A DNA stretch of 20,000 nucleotides from an uncultured virus (IMG/VR IMGVR_UViG_3300042014_000090) (IMGVR_UViG_3300042014_000090); one strand, 5' to 3'. Counted from the stretch's first letter, positions 6,570-14,555 are shown. Numbers and translations are program-made. The notes: a model not told the origin generated them from the sequence alone.

Positions 6570-7925
6570 TCAGGCTCGTGCCGCGAGCTGGACAAACGGG
6601 CTCAAGGTGTTGCTTCCCGTCTGCGGAGTGATAGCACTCTGCAACCACGGGCGGCCGTCCACCCTCTCAATGAATCGCATCGAGGTCATGTCGGTCTGGA
6701 AGCGGTAGTGCGGGCTGGTGTCCGCCTGAATGGCCTGGCGGTCACCGATGAGGTAGTGCGACAGGTCGGCGAGCACAATGTCGCCCGCGTCGCCGAGGGT
6801 CGGCATCTTCTCGGTGAACAGCACCGGACGGCCCAGGATCCGCATGGGCGGGCCGGAGACGCCGTCGGTGAGCCAGATCGCCGAGCCGCCGGTGCCGACG
6901 GACAGGGACATGGTCGCCAGCTCCGGGAACGTGTCCAGGTTGGCGATCCAGACCGCACTGTTGAGCGAGGACGGCAGCATCCGCGCGTACATCTTGACCA
7001 GGTTTTCCCAGACGATGGTGTCCGCTGCCTGGCCCGATTCCTTGGTCACGGAGACCATGGCGGGGGAGTTGAGGAAGCCGAGCGGCTCGCCGACGCCGGA
7101 GCCGCCGATGAAGGCGATGTCCTCGAACCAGGCGATGGCCTCGGGGAAGATCTCGTTGATCAGCATCTGGAGGCTGATCAGGGAGTCCGCGAACAATTCA
7201 TTCGGGACTTCCGAGTAGGCGGTGAGCTTCTTCGCCTCCAGCTTGACCCGGCCGAAGGTCGGGGAGCTGTCGGTGAGGGTTCCGGCCTCTTCGGTCCAGT
7301 ACGCCGCGACGCCGCCGTAGATGTTCGAGGCGTTGGACGTGGAGTCGATCATCGGGAACGGCAGGGTCAGCGTCTCCATCGGGATGACGCGGGCCCGCGA
7401 GCGGACCACGGCCTTCTCCAGCGCGATGCGCAGCAGCTCAGCCCGCAGGTACTCGGGGATGAGGAAGCCACCGTCGGCGGGGACGTTGGAGCCGAGGCTG
7501 TTCATGATGGAGCGGATCTTGTGCTGCGCGGCGGTCGCCTCGGAGGTGCGGGTGCCGTGCCAGATCGCCTTCATGAAGTCGCGGACGTCGGGGAACTCGT
7601 CGTCGAGCTTCGCGCCGGGGGCGCCGGGGTTGTAGCGGTCGCCGAGGCGGCCCTTGTCCTGCGCCTTCATGGCGAGGTTGAGGCGCTTGGCGTCGCCCTT
7701 GACGTCGATGGAACCGGAGTCCCGGACGTACTTGGTGATGCCTTCCTGGATGCGGGCGTCGAGCTGCTCGTCCAGGTCGCCGCCGGAGGCCTTGTTGAAC
7801 TGGGCGGCATAGTCCTTGACGAAGGACAGGGCGCCGTCGCGGGTGGCGAAGACTTCCTTGACTACCGAACCGTCGTTGAACATCTCTTCGAGTTCGGAGT
7901 CATTGCGCGGGATGACAGGTGCCAT
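6570..7925 (-). CDS. Major capsid protein, HK97 fold
   Basis: DGGFLIP, WTEEAG, FGRVKLEAKKL, VPNELFADS, GSGVGEPLG, ILGRPV, RVDGRP motifs; N-terminal scaffold-like region of about 140 aa; TAATG coupling to the protease gene. Confidence 0.95.
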   Translation of the reverse strand: MAPVIPRNDSELEEMFNDGSVVKEVFATRDGALSFVKDYAAQFNKASGGDLDEQLDARIQEGITKYVRDSGSIDVKGDAKRLNLAMKAQDKGRLGDRYNPGAPGAKLDDEFPDVRDFMKAIWHGTRTSEATAAQHKIRSIMNSLGSNVPADGGFLIPEYLRAELLRIALEKAVVRSRARVIPMETLTLPFPMIDSTSNASNIYGGVAAYWTEEAGTLTDSSPTFGRVKLEAKKLTAYSEVPNELFADSLISLQMLINEIFPEAIAWFEDIAFIGGSGVGEPLGFLNSPAMVSVTKESGQAADTIVWENLVKMYARMLPSSLNSAVWIANLDTFPELATMSLSVGTGGSAIWLTDGVSGPPMRILGRPVLFTEKMPTLGDAGDIVLADLSHYLIGDRQAIQADTSPHYRFQTDMTSMRFIERVDGRPWLQSAITPQTGSNTLSPFVQLAARA

Positions 7926-9115
7926 TAGATCCAGCCCTCCTTGAGCTGAGCGAACACGTCATCCGCGCTGGGCGACGTGGCATGAAGAAGGCCGACCATG
8001 GAGTCCCATGTGTCGGCCTGGTCGGTGGGGGCGTCCCCCTCCTCGTCGGGAGGGGCGTCCTCGTCGTCTTCCTCTTCGTCCTCGTCGGGCGGAGGGAAGG
8101 CGTCCTCGGGTGCGGGGGTTTCCGCAGCCGGGGAGTCGTCCGGCTGCGGAGTCTCAGCGACCGGATCCAGCCCGCTGACGACGAGTTCCGTCGGCGCGAA
8201 GTGGTCGGCGATCTCCTCGCGGACCGCGCTGCGCACCAGTTCCCGAAGCGTGTTCAGGAGGGTGTCGTCGACGCCGGTGGCGGCATCGGCCAGCGGCTCG
8301 GGCGTGGTGGCGAGGTTGGTGAGGGTCTCGGTGCTGAGCTGGTGGGTGCCGAGCGTCTGCGCGGTGATCACCTGCCCGGCCATGGCCACGGGGGCGGGGA
8401 CCTTCGGTGCGGGGGCCTGCTCGCGTCCGGCGTAGCGGTACATCGACAGGTCCCAGGACTGGTGCATGCGCGCGTCGGCGGAGGCCGGTTCGGCGTCCTG
8501 CTTGGGCTTCATGGGCATCGCCTCGTCGGCGAGACCCATGGCGACGGCTTCCTTGGCGGTGAACCACGTCTCGGCGGCCATCAGGTCGAGGAACTCGTCG
8601 ACGGACCGGCCGGTGCGTTCCGCGTAGGCTTCGGCGATGTTCCGGGTCTGGAACTCCAGAACCTCGGCCATCTTGATCATGTCGGTGGAGTCGCCGTAGC
8701 AGCCGCCGGACGCCGCGTGGATCATGACCTGGCTCTGGGGCCGCATGACCACCCGGTCACCGGCGAGCATGATGACCGAGGCGATCGATGCGGCCAGGCC
8801 GTCGACGTAGACGGTGACGTTGGCGGGGTGGGCACGAAGCGCGTTGGCGATCGTGATGCCTTCGAAGACGCTGCCCCCAGGAGAATTAAGACGGAGGTTA
8901 ATCTTCGAAGTGGTGACACCGCTCAGCTGCTCGATAAACTCGTCAGCATAGAGGCCAAACCAACCGCCGATGCTGTCGAATACGAATACATCCGTACTGT
9001 CTGAGTCTTCGACAGAGTTCTGAATTCTGAACCAGTCGGATGCGTTTTCAGGAGGCTGCATCCCTGGGGGGACCTGCCTCTGTCGACGCTCCGCCGCCAG
9101 CTTGATCAGCGGCAT
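7925..9115 (-). CDS. Prohead (head maturation) protease, ClpP-type, with an acidic Pro-rich C-terminal extension
   Basis: NSPGGSVFEG, VDGLAASIAS (catalytic Ser), MIH, ETWFTAKEAVAMGLAD; start moved to MPLIKL (9115) on an AAAGGAGG RBS. Confidence 0.92.
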   Translation of the reverse strand: MPLIKLAAERRQRQVPPGMQPPENASDWFRIQNSVEDSDSTDVFVFDSIGGWFGLYADEFIEQLSGVTTSKINLRLNSPGGSVFEGITIANALRAHPANVTVYVDGLAASIASVIMLAGDRVVMRPQSQVMIHAASGGCYGDSTDMIKMAEVLEFQTRNIAEAYAERTGRSVDEFLDLMAAETWFTAKEAVAMGLADEAMPMKPKQDAEPASADARMHQSWDLSMYRYAGREQAPAPKVPAPVAMAGQVITAQTLGTHQLSTETLTNLATTPEPLADAATGVDDTLLNTLRELVRSAVREEIADHFAPTELVVSGLDPVAETPQPDDSPAAETPAPEDAFPPPDEDEEEDDEDAPPDEEGDAPTDQADTWDSMVGLLHATSPSADDVFAQLKEGWI

Positions 9116-9713
9116 CTGCGGTCGCCTCCTTTCGGCGTCTGAGTCGCTGTTGATGTGTGCGTTCGGCGTGACAATTCGCACACACCACGTCGCACTTGGC
9201 TATTTCCGCCAGCAGTGCATCGACAGACCGTCCAGCTCCTCGCGGTCCGATTCCGAACAGCTTGGTGGCAGGGTCCCTGTGGTCGAACTGCATGACGTAG
9301 CTGGGGTACTTGACGCCGCAATCCATGCACGGCTTGTCTTTCGCCTCGTCAATCACCGCACGTCTGCGCTTGTATTTGTCATGAGCCTTTACCGGGTCAT
9401 AAGACTCACGCCTGTAAGCACGGCGTTGGTCAGCAGTGTCTGCATACCACTCCCGCTGATAATCTCGGCGGAACTCCCGGAATGCTTCTATCTCCTCTTG
9501 CGACCGAGATGCATCTCGCTTACGGCGAAGCTCCCTGATGTGCTCTCGGTTATTTTCGCGAAAAGGGCGCTGACGTGCGTTTACGGCGTCAAGGCATGCT
9601 CGACATGCGGGCTCACCTGCGGCTCGGTGGGCCTGGTAGCCAGGATCAGTTCCTGTGCGCCCTTCGGGGTACTTCCTCGTAGGCTTCGCGCAGGCAGGGG
9701 TATGCTGAGACAC
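9048..9713 (-). CDS. HNH endonuclease with an N-terminal Cys/His Zn-binding motif (probable free-standing homing endonuclease)
   Basis: CMDC...MQFDHRDP...KCDVVCANCHAERT; N-terminal GTDPGYQAH...GEPACRAC; lower GC; 3' end overlaps the protease start by 68 nt. Confidence 0.88.
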   Translation of the reverse strand: MSQHTPACAKPTRKYPEGRTGTDPGYQAHRAAGEPACRACLDAVNARQRPFRENNREHIRELRRKRDASRSQEEIEAFREFRRDYQREWYADTADQRRAYRRESYDPVKAHDKYKRRRAVIDEAKDKPCMDCGVKYPSYVMQFDHRDPATKLFGIGPRGAGRSVDALLAEIAKCDVVCANCHAERTHQQRLRRRKEATADAADQAGGGASTEAGPPRDAAS

Positions 9714-9715
9714 AT

Positions 9716-9787
9716 CGACTCCATCCAGTCGGTCATGCCCCCGGAGTGTTGACGCACTCGCGGGGGTTCAGTGTTGCGACGATCTTA
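9716..9787 (-). promoter_or_regulatory. Structured leader and putative -10 box of the HNH gene
   Basis: TAAGAT at 9787-9782; hairpin 9738-9766; small hairpin 9716-9731 covering the GGAG RBS. Confidence 0.5.
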
Positions 9788-9844
9788 CTGTTCGGCGGGC
9801 GGGGTCCATCCGAGGTGGACGAGAAGGTTGCAGGTGCCGTCTGG

Positions 9845-11215
9845 TCACAGCAGCATCCTTTGCAGCCAGTCGTCGGGGTCTTCCTTCGGGACCGGCTTGG
9901 CCTTCTTGGCGGGCTGGTCGTTGGGGCCCTCGCGGGGTGCCGGTTCGTCCGGGTTCTGCTGCTCGGGCGGACCGCCCTGAGCGACCGGAAGGCGCGGCTC
10001 GGGCAGTTCGGCCATGTCGGGCAGGCCGCAGGTGGTGAGGATGTCGGCGGCTTCCCACAGTCCGGTGTCGGCGAGGAACTTCGCCGCCTGAGCCTTGTTC
10101 AGCAGCACCTGGGCGGCGATCTCGTCGTCCTCGGGAACAGGGTTGACGAAGTCGAATTCCAGGCCAGCGGCCGTGGGGCCGAACATGGGCAGCAGCTGGG
10201 TGTTGAGTACCTCGCGTACCCGCATCAGGCGTGGCTTGATGAGCCAGCGGGCGAGCATGACCTCACCGGCGTAGGCGTTGGCCTTGTTGACGTCGTCGGT
10301 GGCGCCGAGCATCGCCTTGGGGAACCCGAACGCTTCACGGATGGTTTCGCGGCTCGCCGACTTCATCTCGACGAACTGCATCTCGTCCATGGTGTAGCGG
10401 CGGTCGACCCACTTCATGCCTGCTTCGAGGATCGCGACGCGGTGCGCGTTCGACACGCCCCGGTGGGTCTCCGCCCAGCGGGCCTGGAACTGGTCGAAGT
10501 CCTCGTCCGAGATGTTCTGTTCGGCTTCGATGATCCCGCCGGGGGTGGCGGAGTTCAGGAAGAAGTTCCGGTTCCATTCGGCCGACAGGTAGGAGGCGTC
10601 CAGCTCTCCCATGATCGACTGCACCGCGCCCATGCCCCGGTACGGGTCGAGGGGGTGCGGGCGGCGCAGGAAGATGACCTCGTCCGTGCGCAGCGGGATC
10701 TCCTCCCCGTCGGGGGAGGTGTACACGTAGCCGATGAGGTACTTCGTGGGGTGCGGCACCGGACGCATCCGGTCGGGGCGCACGAACCACAGCTCGACGG
10801 GCAGCGTGCCCTGCTTGACGATCACCCAGTACTGCTCGCCGGTGAGTTCCTCGTGCTGCTGCGCCGACTCGCGGAAGGCGTAGCCGGAGAAGAACTCGTT
10901 CGGGCGGCGCCACAGGTTCAGCGCCGGATGGCGGGTGACCTCGATGCGGTCGTCCTGCGCGGAGGTGGTGCCGTGGTCGTAGCGGCGCCGTCCGTCCTTG
11001 GGGACCCGGTACAGCTTCCACTCCACCTGGGAGTAGGAGCCGATGATCCGGTCGACGATCGCGAAGAGGGTGCCGACCTGGCCGATCGCCCGCATCTGCG
11101 CTTCCATCCCCGTCGTGGGGGTGGTCGGGGGGATGCGGCTGTAGCGGGTCACCCCGCGCGGAACGTATGGGACGGGCGCCTTGTTGAAGAGGGACCCCAG
11201 GATCGTGCGAGCCAT
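9845..11215 (-). CDS. Phage portal protein, HK97 family
   Basis: HPALNLWRRPN, PVELWFVRPDRM, PYRGMGAV, FFLNSATPGGII, EMQFVE, AFGFPKAMLG; GAGGTGGAGG RBS; located between terminase and protease. Confidence 0.95.
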   Translation of the reverse strand: MARTILGSLFNKAPVPYVPRGVTRYSRIPPTTPTTGMEAQMRAIGQVGTLFAIVDRIIGSYSQVEWKLYRVPKDGRRRYDHGTTSAQDDRIEVTRHPALNLWRRPNEFFSGYAFRESAQQHEELTGEQYWVIVKQGTLPVELWFVRPDRMRPVPHPTKYLIGYVYTSPDGEEIPLRTDEVIFLRRPHPLDPYRGMGAVQSIMGELDASYLSAEWNRNFFLNSATPGGIIEAEQNISDEDFDQFQARWAETHRGVSNAHRVAILEAGMKWVDRRYTMDEMQFVEMKSASRETIREAFGFPKAMLGATDDVNKANAYAGEVMLARWLIKPRLMRVREVLNTQLLPMFGPTAAGLEFDFVNPVPEDDEIAAQVLLNKAQAAKFLADTGLWEAADILTTCGLPDMAELPEPRLPVAQGGPPEQQNPDEPAPREGPNDQPAKKAKPVPKEDPDDWLQRMLL

Positions 11216-11341
11216 CGGGCCTCCACCTCTTCACTTTGAAAGTAACCAACCGAGCCGCGTCTTCAGATCGAAGGCGACACTTGACAGTGATCCATAATGA
11301 AAGGCAGACCATCTATGACCGTCACCGCCGGAGGCTGCGCC

Positions 11342-11707
11342 ATGACCGAGCCACTGCACGACCCCCTTGACGAGGCCGGGACGCCATCCGCTCCCACGGC
11401 GCGCCGTACCCTCGCTGACCTGCGCAAAGCGGCAGGCATCACGCAGACAGAGGTCGGCCGCCGCCTCGGTGTCCACCGGTCCCAGGTCAGCCGCATCGAA
11501 GCCGAGTACCCGGATCTGAAGTTCACCCAGCTCCGGGACTACCTACAGGCGATCGGCACTCACATCGTCTTCAGCGAGCCGGACCTCGGCGACGTCTTCG
11601 CCACCGACGTCATCGCCGACCCGGAACGCCAGGAAGCGACGCAAAAGCGCCGCGAAGACCCCACCCGCATCCACAAGGACAGAGTTCAGCGCCCGCCGAA
11701 GAACTGA
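11342..11707 (+). CDS. XRE/Cro-family HTH regulator (HigA antitoxin-like), 121 aa
   Basis: TLADLRKAAGITQTEVGRRLGVHRSQVSRIE...DLKFTQLRDYLQAIG; GGAGG RBS at 11330-11334. Confidence 0.85.
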   Translation: MTEPLHDPLDEAGTPSAPTARRTLADLRKAAGITQTEVGRRLGVHRSQVSRIEAEYPDLKFTQLRDYLQAIGTHIVFSEPDLGDVFATDVIADPERQEATQKRREDPTRIHKDRVQRPPKN

Positions 11708-11886
11708 TACTGCAAGGCCACACACCCCAGCCCCGCGACGATGAACCCGGCCGGATGGAAGATCAGCCACGCCCCGTAGGAGACGAGGGCGACACAGACC
11801 AGGGCCAGCAGCCCTGACCCCAGCGACGCGAACGCCCCGGCCGACAACCGGGGCAGCAGGGTCCTGTTCGTGGTGTTGTCTCTCAT
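11686..11886 (-). CDS. Small two-TM membrane protein between terminase and portal
   Basis: 66 aa, hydrophobic, YGAWLIFHPAGFIVAG; such a gene is common at this position in HK97-like modules; AAGGGA RBS. Confidence 0.75.
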   Translation of the reverse strand: MRDNTTNRTLLPRLSAGAFASLGSGLLALVCVALVSYGAWLIFHPAGFIVAGLGCVALQYQFFGGR

Positions 11887-11973
11887 GCTGTTCCCTTATC
11901 TGATAGCGTCAGCGCTGCTGGTTCATCACCCGTTCGCGTTCCACTCTTCTCGGCGGGTGCTGAACTGCCTTCA

Positions 11974-12024
11974 GCAGGGCCTCCGAGTCAAGGAAACAGG
12001 CGTACCTCTCCTCGGAGGCCCTGC
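11974..12024. repeat. Perfect 14-bp inverted repeat directly after the terL stop
   Basis: GCAGGGCCTCCGAG (11974-11987) / CTCGGAGGCCCTGC (12011-12024), flanked by CTTCA on both sides. Confidence 0.8.
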
Positions 12025-12026
12025 CT

Positions 12027-13538
12027 TCATCCCAGCACCCGAATCCGGGGCTTGGCCCCATTGAAGAACGCCAGCAGCAGCGCGTCCGCATGGTCGGGGC
12101 TCTTACCGATCCGCTCACGGATCTTGTCCTTGGGCTCGATGATGATGCGGCCCTTGGTGTCCAGCTCCCACCGGGGGACCAGCAGCTCGGCCGCCGTGAC
12201 GTCCCCGTTCTCCATCCGCGACAGGTCCCAGGCGCCCTGAGCGGACATCTCGCGGGCGACCGTCCACCACATCTCCGCGCGGAGGTTGGCGAACTTCTTT
12301 TTGTCGCGGGGGTTCTCCGACACGTTCACACCGATGACCCGCGCCGTGTGCTCACCACGCTTGGCCGCGTTACGCAGCTCACCGATCACGCCGAAGCCGA
12401 CACCGATCGAGTCGATCTTCACGACCGTCGCCCCGGACTCCCGCAGCGCCCGCAGGACCAGCGGCGCGATCTTCTCCGGCCGGTCCGTGCGGATCCGCCA
12501 CTCACGACCCGCCAGCACACCCCGGCGCTCACGCACCACGGTCTCGTCCAGGCCGCCACCGACGTCGACACCCAGCTCGACGGGGCTCAGATCCGCCGGT
12601 GAGTACACCGCCTCCGTGTCCAGTCGGCACGTCGCCACATCCGAGGCACGCACCACCGTGTCGGCAGCGTCGAGGGTGAACTCTCCCAGAACTTTGGAGT
12701 TGTACAGGGCGTTGCCGTCGCCCCACTCCAGCTTCTTCTCCTCGGCCCACTCACGTGAGACCAGGGAGACGGCGACCTTCTCCGGCACCGTCTCGCCGGT
12801 GAAGTTCGGCGTGTCGAAAGCCGAGATACGGATCGCGTTCCAGCCCGAGCCGGGCTGCGACACCTTATAGAACTGGGTGGCCGAGTTGTCCGGGTTGCCG
12901 ATCGCGAGGATCCGGCACCACGGCCCCGTCGTGATGGCCTCCGCACCGACCCACAGCGACTCCGGAATACCACCGGCCTCATCCAGCACACACAGCACAT
13001 ACGGGGCGTGAATACCCTGGAACGCCGACTCATCGGCATCCGCAGGCTTCCGGCCGAACGCCACCAGCTCCTCATCGATCAACCACTCCACCTGGTTGAC
13101 CCGGCCCGGCAGCGCGTTCTCCTTGTGCATGCGCCGGATGTACCGCCACAGAATCGCGCGGACCTGCGCCGACGTCGGCGCCGAGGTGACCACGAACGCC
13201 TCACCCGGAGGATGCGCGTCCAGCCACCAGCTCACCGTCAGCGCCGCCACATGGCTCTTGCCCGCACCGTGACAACTACGCACCACCGTCTTGCGGTTGT
13301 CCCGCACCGACTCCATGATCTCGCGCTGCTTCGACCACACCAGCTGACCCAGCCGGTCCGACACCCACGACGACGGATCCTGCGCCCACCGGTCCGCACG
13401 CTCAGCCGCCTGCTTACGGTCCACCGCCGCCTTCAGCTGCGCATACACCAGCTTCAGCCGCTTGGTGTCGCCCGTGCGGACCAGCCGCTCCACCTGTTCC
13501 TTCAGGTGAGCGATGTCCAGATCAGGCGACGTCGACAA
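12027..13538 (-). CDS. terL: Terminase large subunit
   Basis: Walker A SCHGAGKS, Walker B CVLDEAGG, coupling motif AIGNP, RNase H-like LGVDVGGG.D and SPDHADAL; TTG start with GGAGAAG RBS. Confidence 0.95.
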   Translation of the reverse strand: MSTSPDLDIAHLKEQVERLVRTGDTKRLKLVYAQLKAAVDRKQAAERADRWAQDPSSWVSDRLGQLVWSKQREIMESVRDNRKTVVRSCHGAGKSHVAALTVSWWLDAHPPGEAFVVTSAPTSAQVRAILWRYIRRMHKENALPGRVNQVEWLIDEELVAFGRKPADADESAFQGIHAPYVLCVLDEAGGIPESLWVGAEAITTGPWCRILAIGNPDNSATQFYKVSQPGSGWNAIRISAFDTPNFTGETVPEKVAVSLVSREWAEEKKLEWGDGNALYNSKVLGEFTLDAADTVVRASDVATCRLDTEAVYSPADLSPVELGVDVGGGLDETVVRERRGVLAGREWRIRTDRPEKIAPLVLRALRESGATVVKIDSIGVGFGVIGELRNAAKRGEHTARVIGVNVSENPRDKKKFANLRAEMWWTVAREMSAQGAWDLSRMENGDVTAAELLVPRWELDTKGRIIIEPKDKIRERIGKSPDHADALLLAFFNGAKPRIRVLG

Positions 13539-13740
13539 CCGGCTTCTCCGTACGCACGATCCGCGTCACACACTCCGTCTTGAACGCCTCCACCACCGAG
13601 TGGTCGGTGTCCTTGAACACCGTGTACACACCCGACTCCTGAAAGTACGACGCCGTGATCGCGGCCTTCTGGGTCAGGCCGTCCAGACCGGTCCAATGGA
13701 CGGTGTACGCGTACAGAGGCAGGACAGGAAGCTTCGACAT
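13522..13740 (-). CDS. Hypothetical protein, 72 aa (MSKLPVLPLYAYTVHW...)
   Basis: GGAG RBS; overlaps the terL start; GC3-biased codons. Confidence 0.7.
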   Translation of the reverse strand: MSKLPVLPLYAYTVHWTGLDGLTQKAAITASYFQESGVYTVFKDTDHSVVEAFKTECVTRIVRTEKPVVDVA

Positions 13741-13762
13741 GATGATCTCCATCGTGATGTGA

Positions 13763-13791
13763 CCTGCGATCCGAAGACACGGACCCGCAGG
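13763..13791. terminator. Intergenic hairpin
   Basis: Minus strand CCTGCGGGTCCG-TGTCTT-CGGATCGCAGG; no clear U-tail. Confidence 0.35.
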
Positions 13792-13813
13792 CATGGTTGA
13801 GATTCGAAGGCAC

Positions 13814-14110
13814 TCAGCGCTCAGGGGAGGGGGCCGTCTGCGTCAGCCACCACATCGGCGGGTCATACGCCAACGGCGCCCGGCACTCGACGTACTCGAA
13901 CGTCTCCGTCGCCAGGTCGTACTTCAGCCGCCCGGACCCCGACCGCGCATACGCCTCATACCGGATGACCCACTCCGCACCATCCTCCGTCTCCACGAAG
14001 ATCCGAGACGGATACGGCACATCACCGGGAAGCACCCCGTTGAAGCCCAGCCACGCCACCAGCTCGCTCGAACGCGGCGCCTTCACCATGTACTGGACCG
14101 GACCGTCCAT
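13814..14110 (-). CDS. Hypothetical protein, 98 aa
   Basis: ORF tiles between its neighbours on the same strand; ordinary protein composition. Confidence 0.7.
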   Translation of the reverse strand: MDGPVQYMVKAPRSSELVAWLGFNGVLPGDVPYPSRIFVETEDGAEWVIRYEAYARSGSGRLKYDLATETFEYVECRAPLAYDPPMWWLTQTAPSPER

Positions 14111-14119
14111 CGGGTCGGC

Positions 14120-14380
14120 CTACAGATCCAGCGCAGCACGCACCGCGCAGTCCTTGGCCTCGATCAGCTTGCGCATGCAGGCCGTCTTCTCCGGACCGGC
14201 AGGCACCGTGCTCACCACGATCTCCGCCACGGTGTAGAAGTGCCGCGAGATACGCTGCAACTCCACCGGCAGATGCAGGAAACTGAAGTACCTCAGCATC
14301 TGCTCGGCCGGATCAGGACGACAGGCATGCTGCGCCATGTCATCGATCCCGCCCTGGCGACACCTGGCACACACACTCAT
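14120..14380 (-). CDS. Small helical-hairpin phage protein, candidate Acb2/Tad1-hairpin-like anti-defence sponge
   Basis: GAGGGG RBS; LRYFSFLHLP...PAGPEKTACMRKLIEAKDCAVRA. The CDS is solid; the function is inferred from recalled motif similarity only. Confidence 0.55.
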   Translation of the reverse strand: MSVCARCRQGGIDDMAQHACRPDPAEQMLRYFSFLHLPVELQRISRHFYTVAEIVVSTVPAGPEKTACMRKLIEAKDCAVRAALDL

Positions 14381-14408
14381 GATGGTTACCCCTCGATAGG
14401 ATCAAGCG

Positions 14409-14516
14409 CGCACGCGGCGGGATTCGAACCCGCAAGCCGCAGCGATTTCACGGCCACCGCATGGCCCCGAAGGGCAGTCACCTAAGGCAGTGTCATTCCA
14501 CTTGCACCACACGTGC
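14409..14516 (-). tRNA. Atypical or pseudo tRNA-like RNA (108 nt), most like tRNA-Leu(UAG) with an extra hairpin
   Basis: Acceptor GCACGTG/CGCGTGC, U8, D-arm GTG-CAAGTGGAATGA-CAC, perfect T-arm GCGGG-TTCGAAT-CCCGC; central region irregular; no encoded CCA. Confidence 0.65.
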
Positions 14517-14528
14517 GCACGTTTTGGT

Positions 14529-14549
14529 GCGTACCAGAAGTGGTACGCT
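14529..14549. promoter_or_regulatory. Palindromic operator overlapping a leaderless -10 box of the GntR gene
   Basis: GCGTACCA-GAAG-TGGTACGC (14529-14548); TACGCT (14544-14549) lies 6 nt before ATG 14556. Confidence 0.6.
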
Positions 14550-14555
14550 GGCCGG

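Noticed and set aside
9116..9181. N-terminal extension of the protease given in the ORF track
   Set aside because: A strong RBS precedes ATG 9115; the extension lies inside the HNH coding region.
11281..11298. Canonical promoter TTGACA...CATAAT for the XRE gene
   Set aside because: Only 6 nt separate the hexamers, so they cannot be one sigma70 promoter.
11909..12118. 69-aa minus-strand ORF after terL
   Set aside because: Overlaps terL and the inverted repeat; no RBS or recognisable motif.
112..13583. Long plus-strand ORFs (112-1803, 2002-3441, 2981-3952, 4980-6017, 6531-7928, 7919-9004, 9746-11239, 13008-13583)
   Set aside because: Antisense shadows of high-GC3 minus-strand phage genes; no motifs, biased composition.
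14409..14516. Functional canonical tRNA-Leu, or an attL/attR tRNA remnant
   Set aside because: The anticodon arm cannot be folded canonically. Both 5' and 3' halves are present and no duplicate att core was seen in the window.
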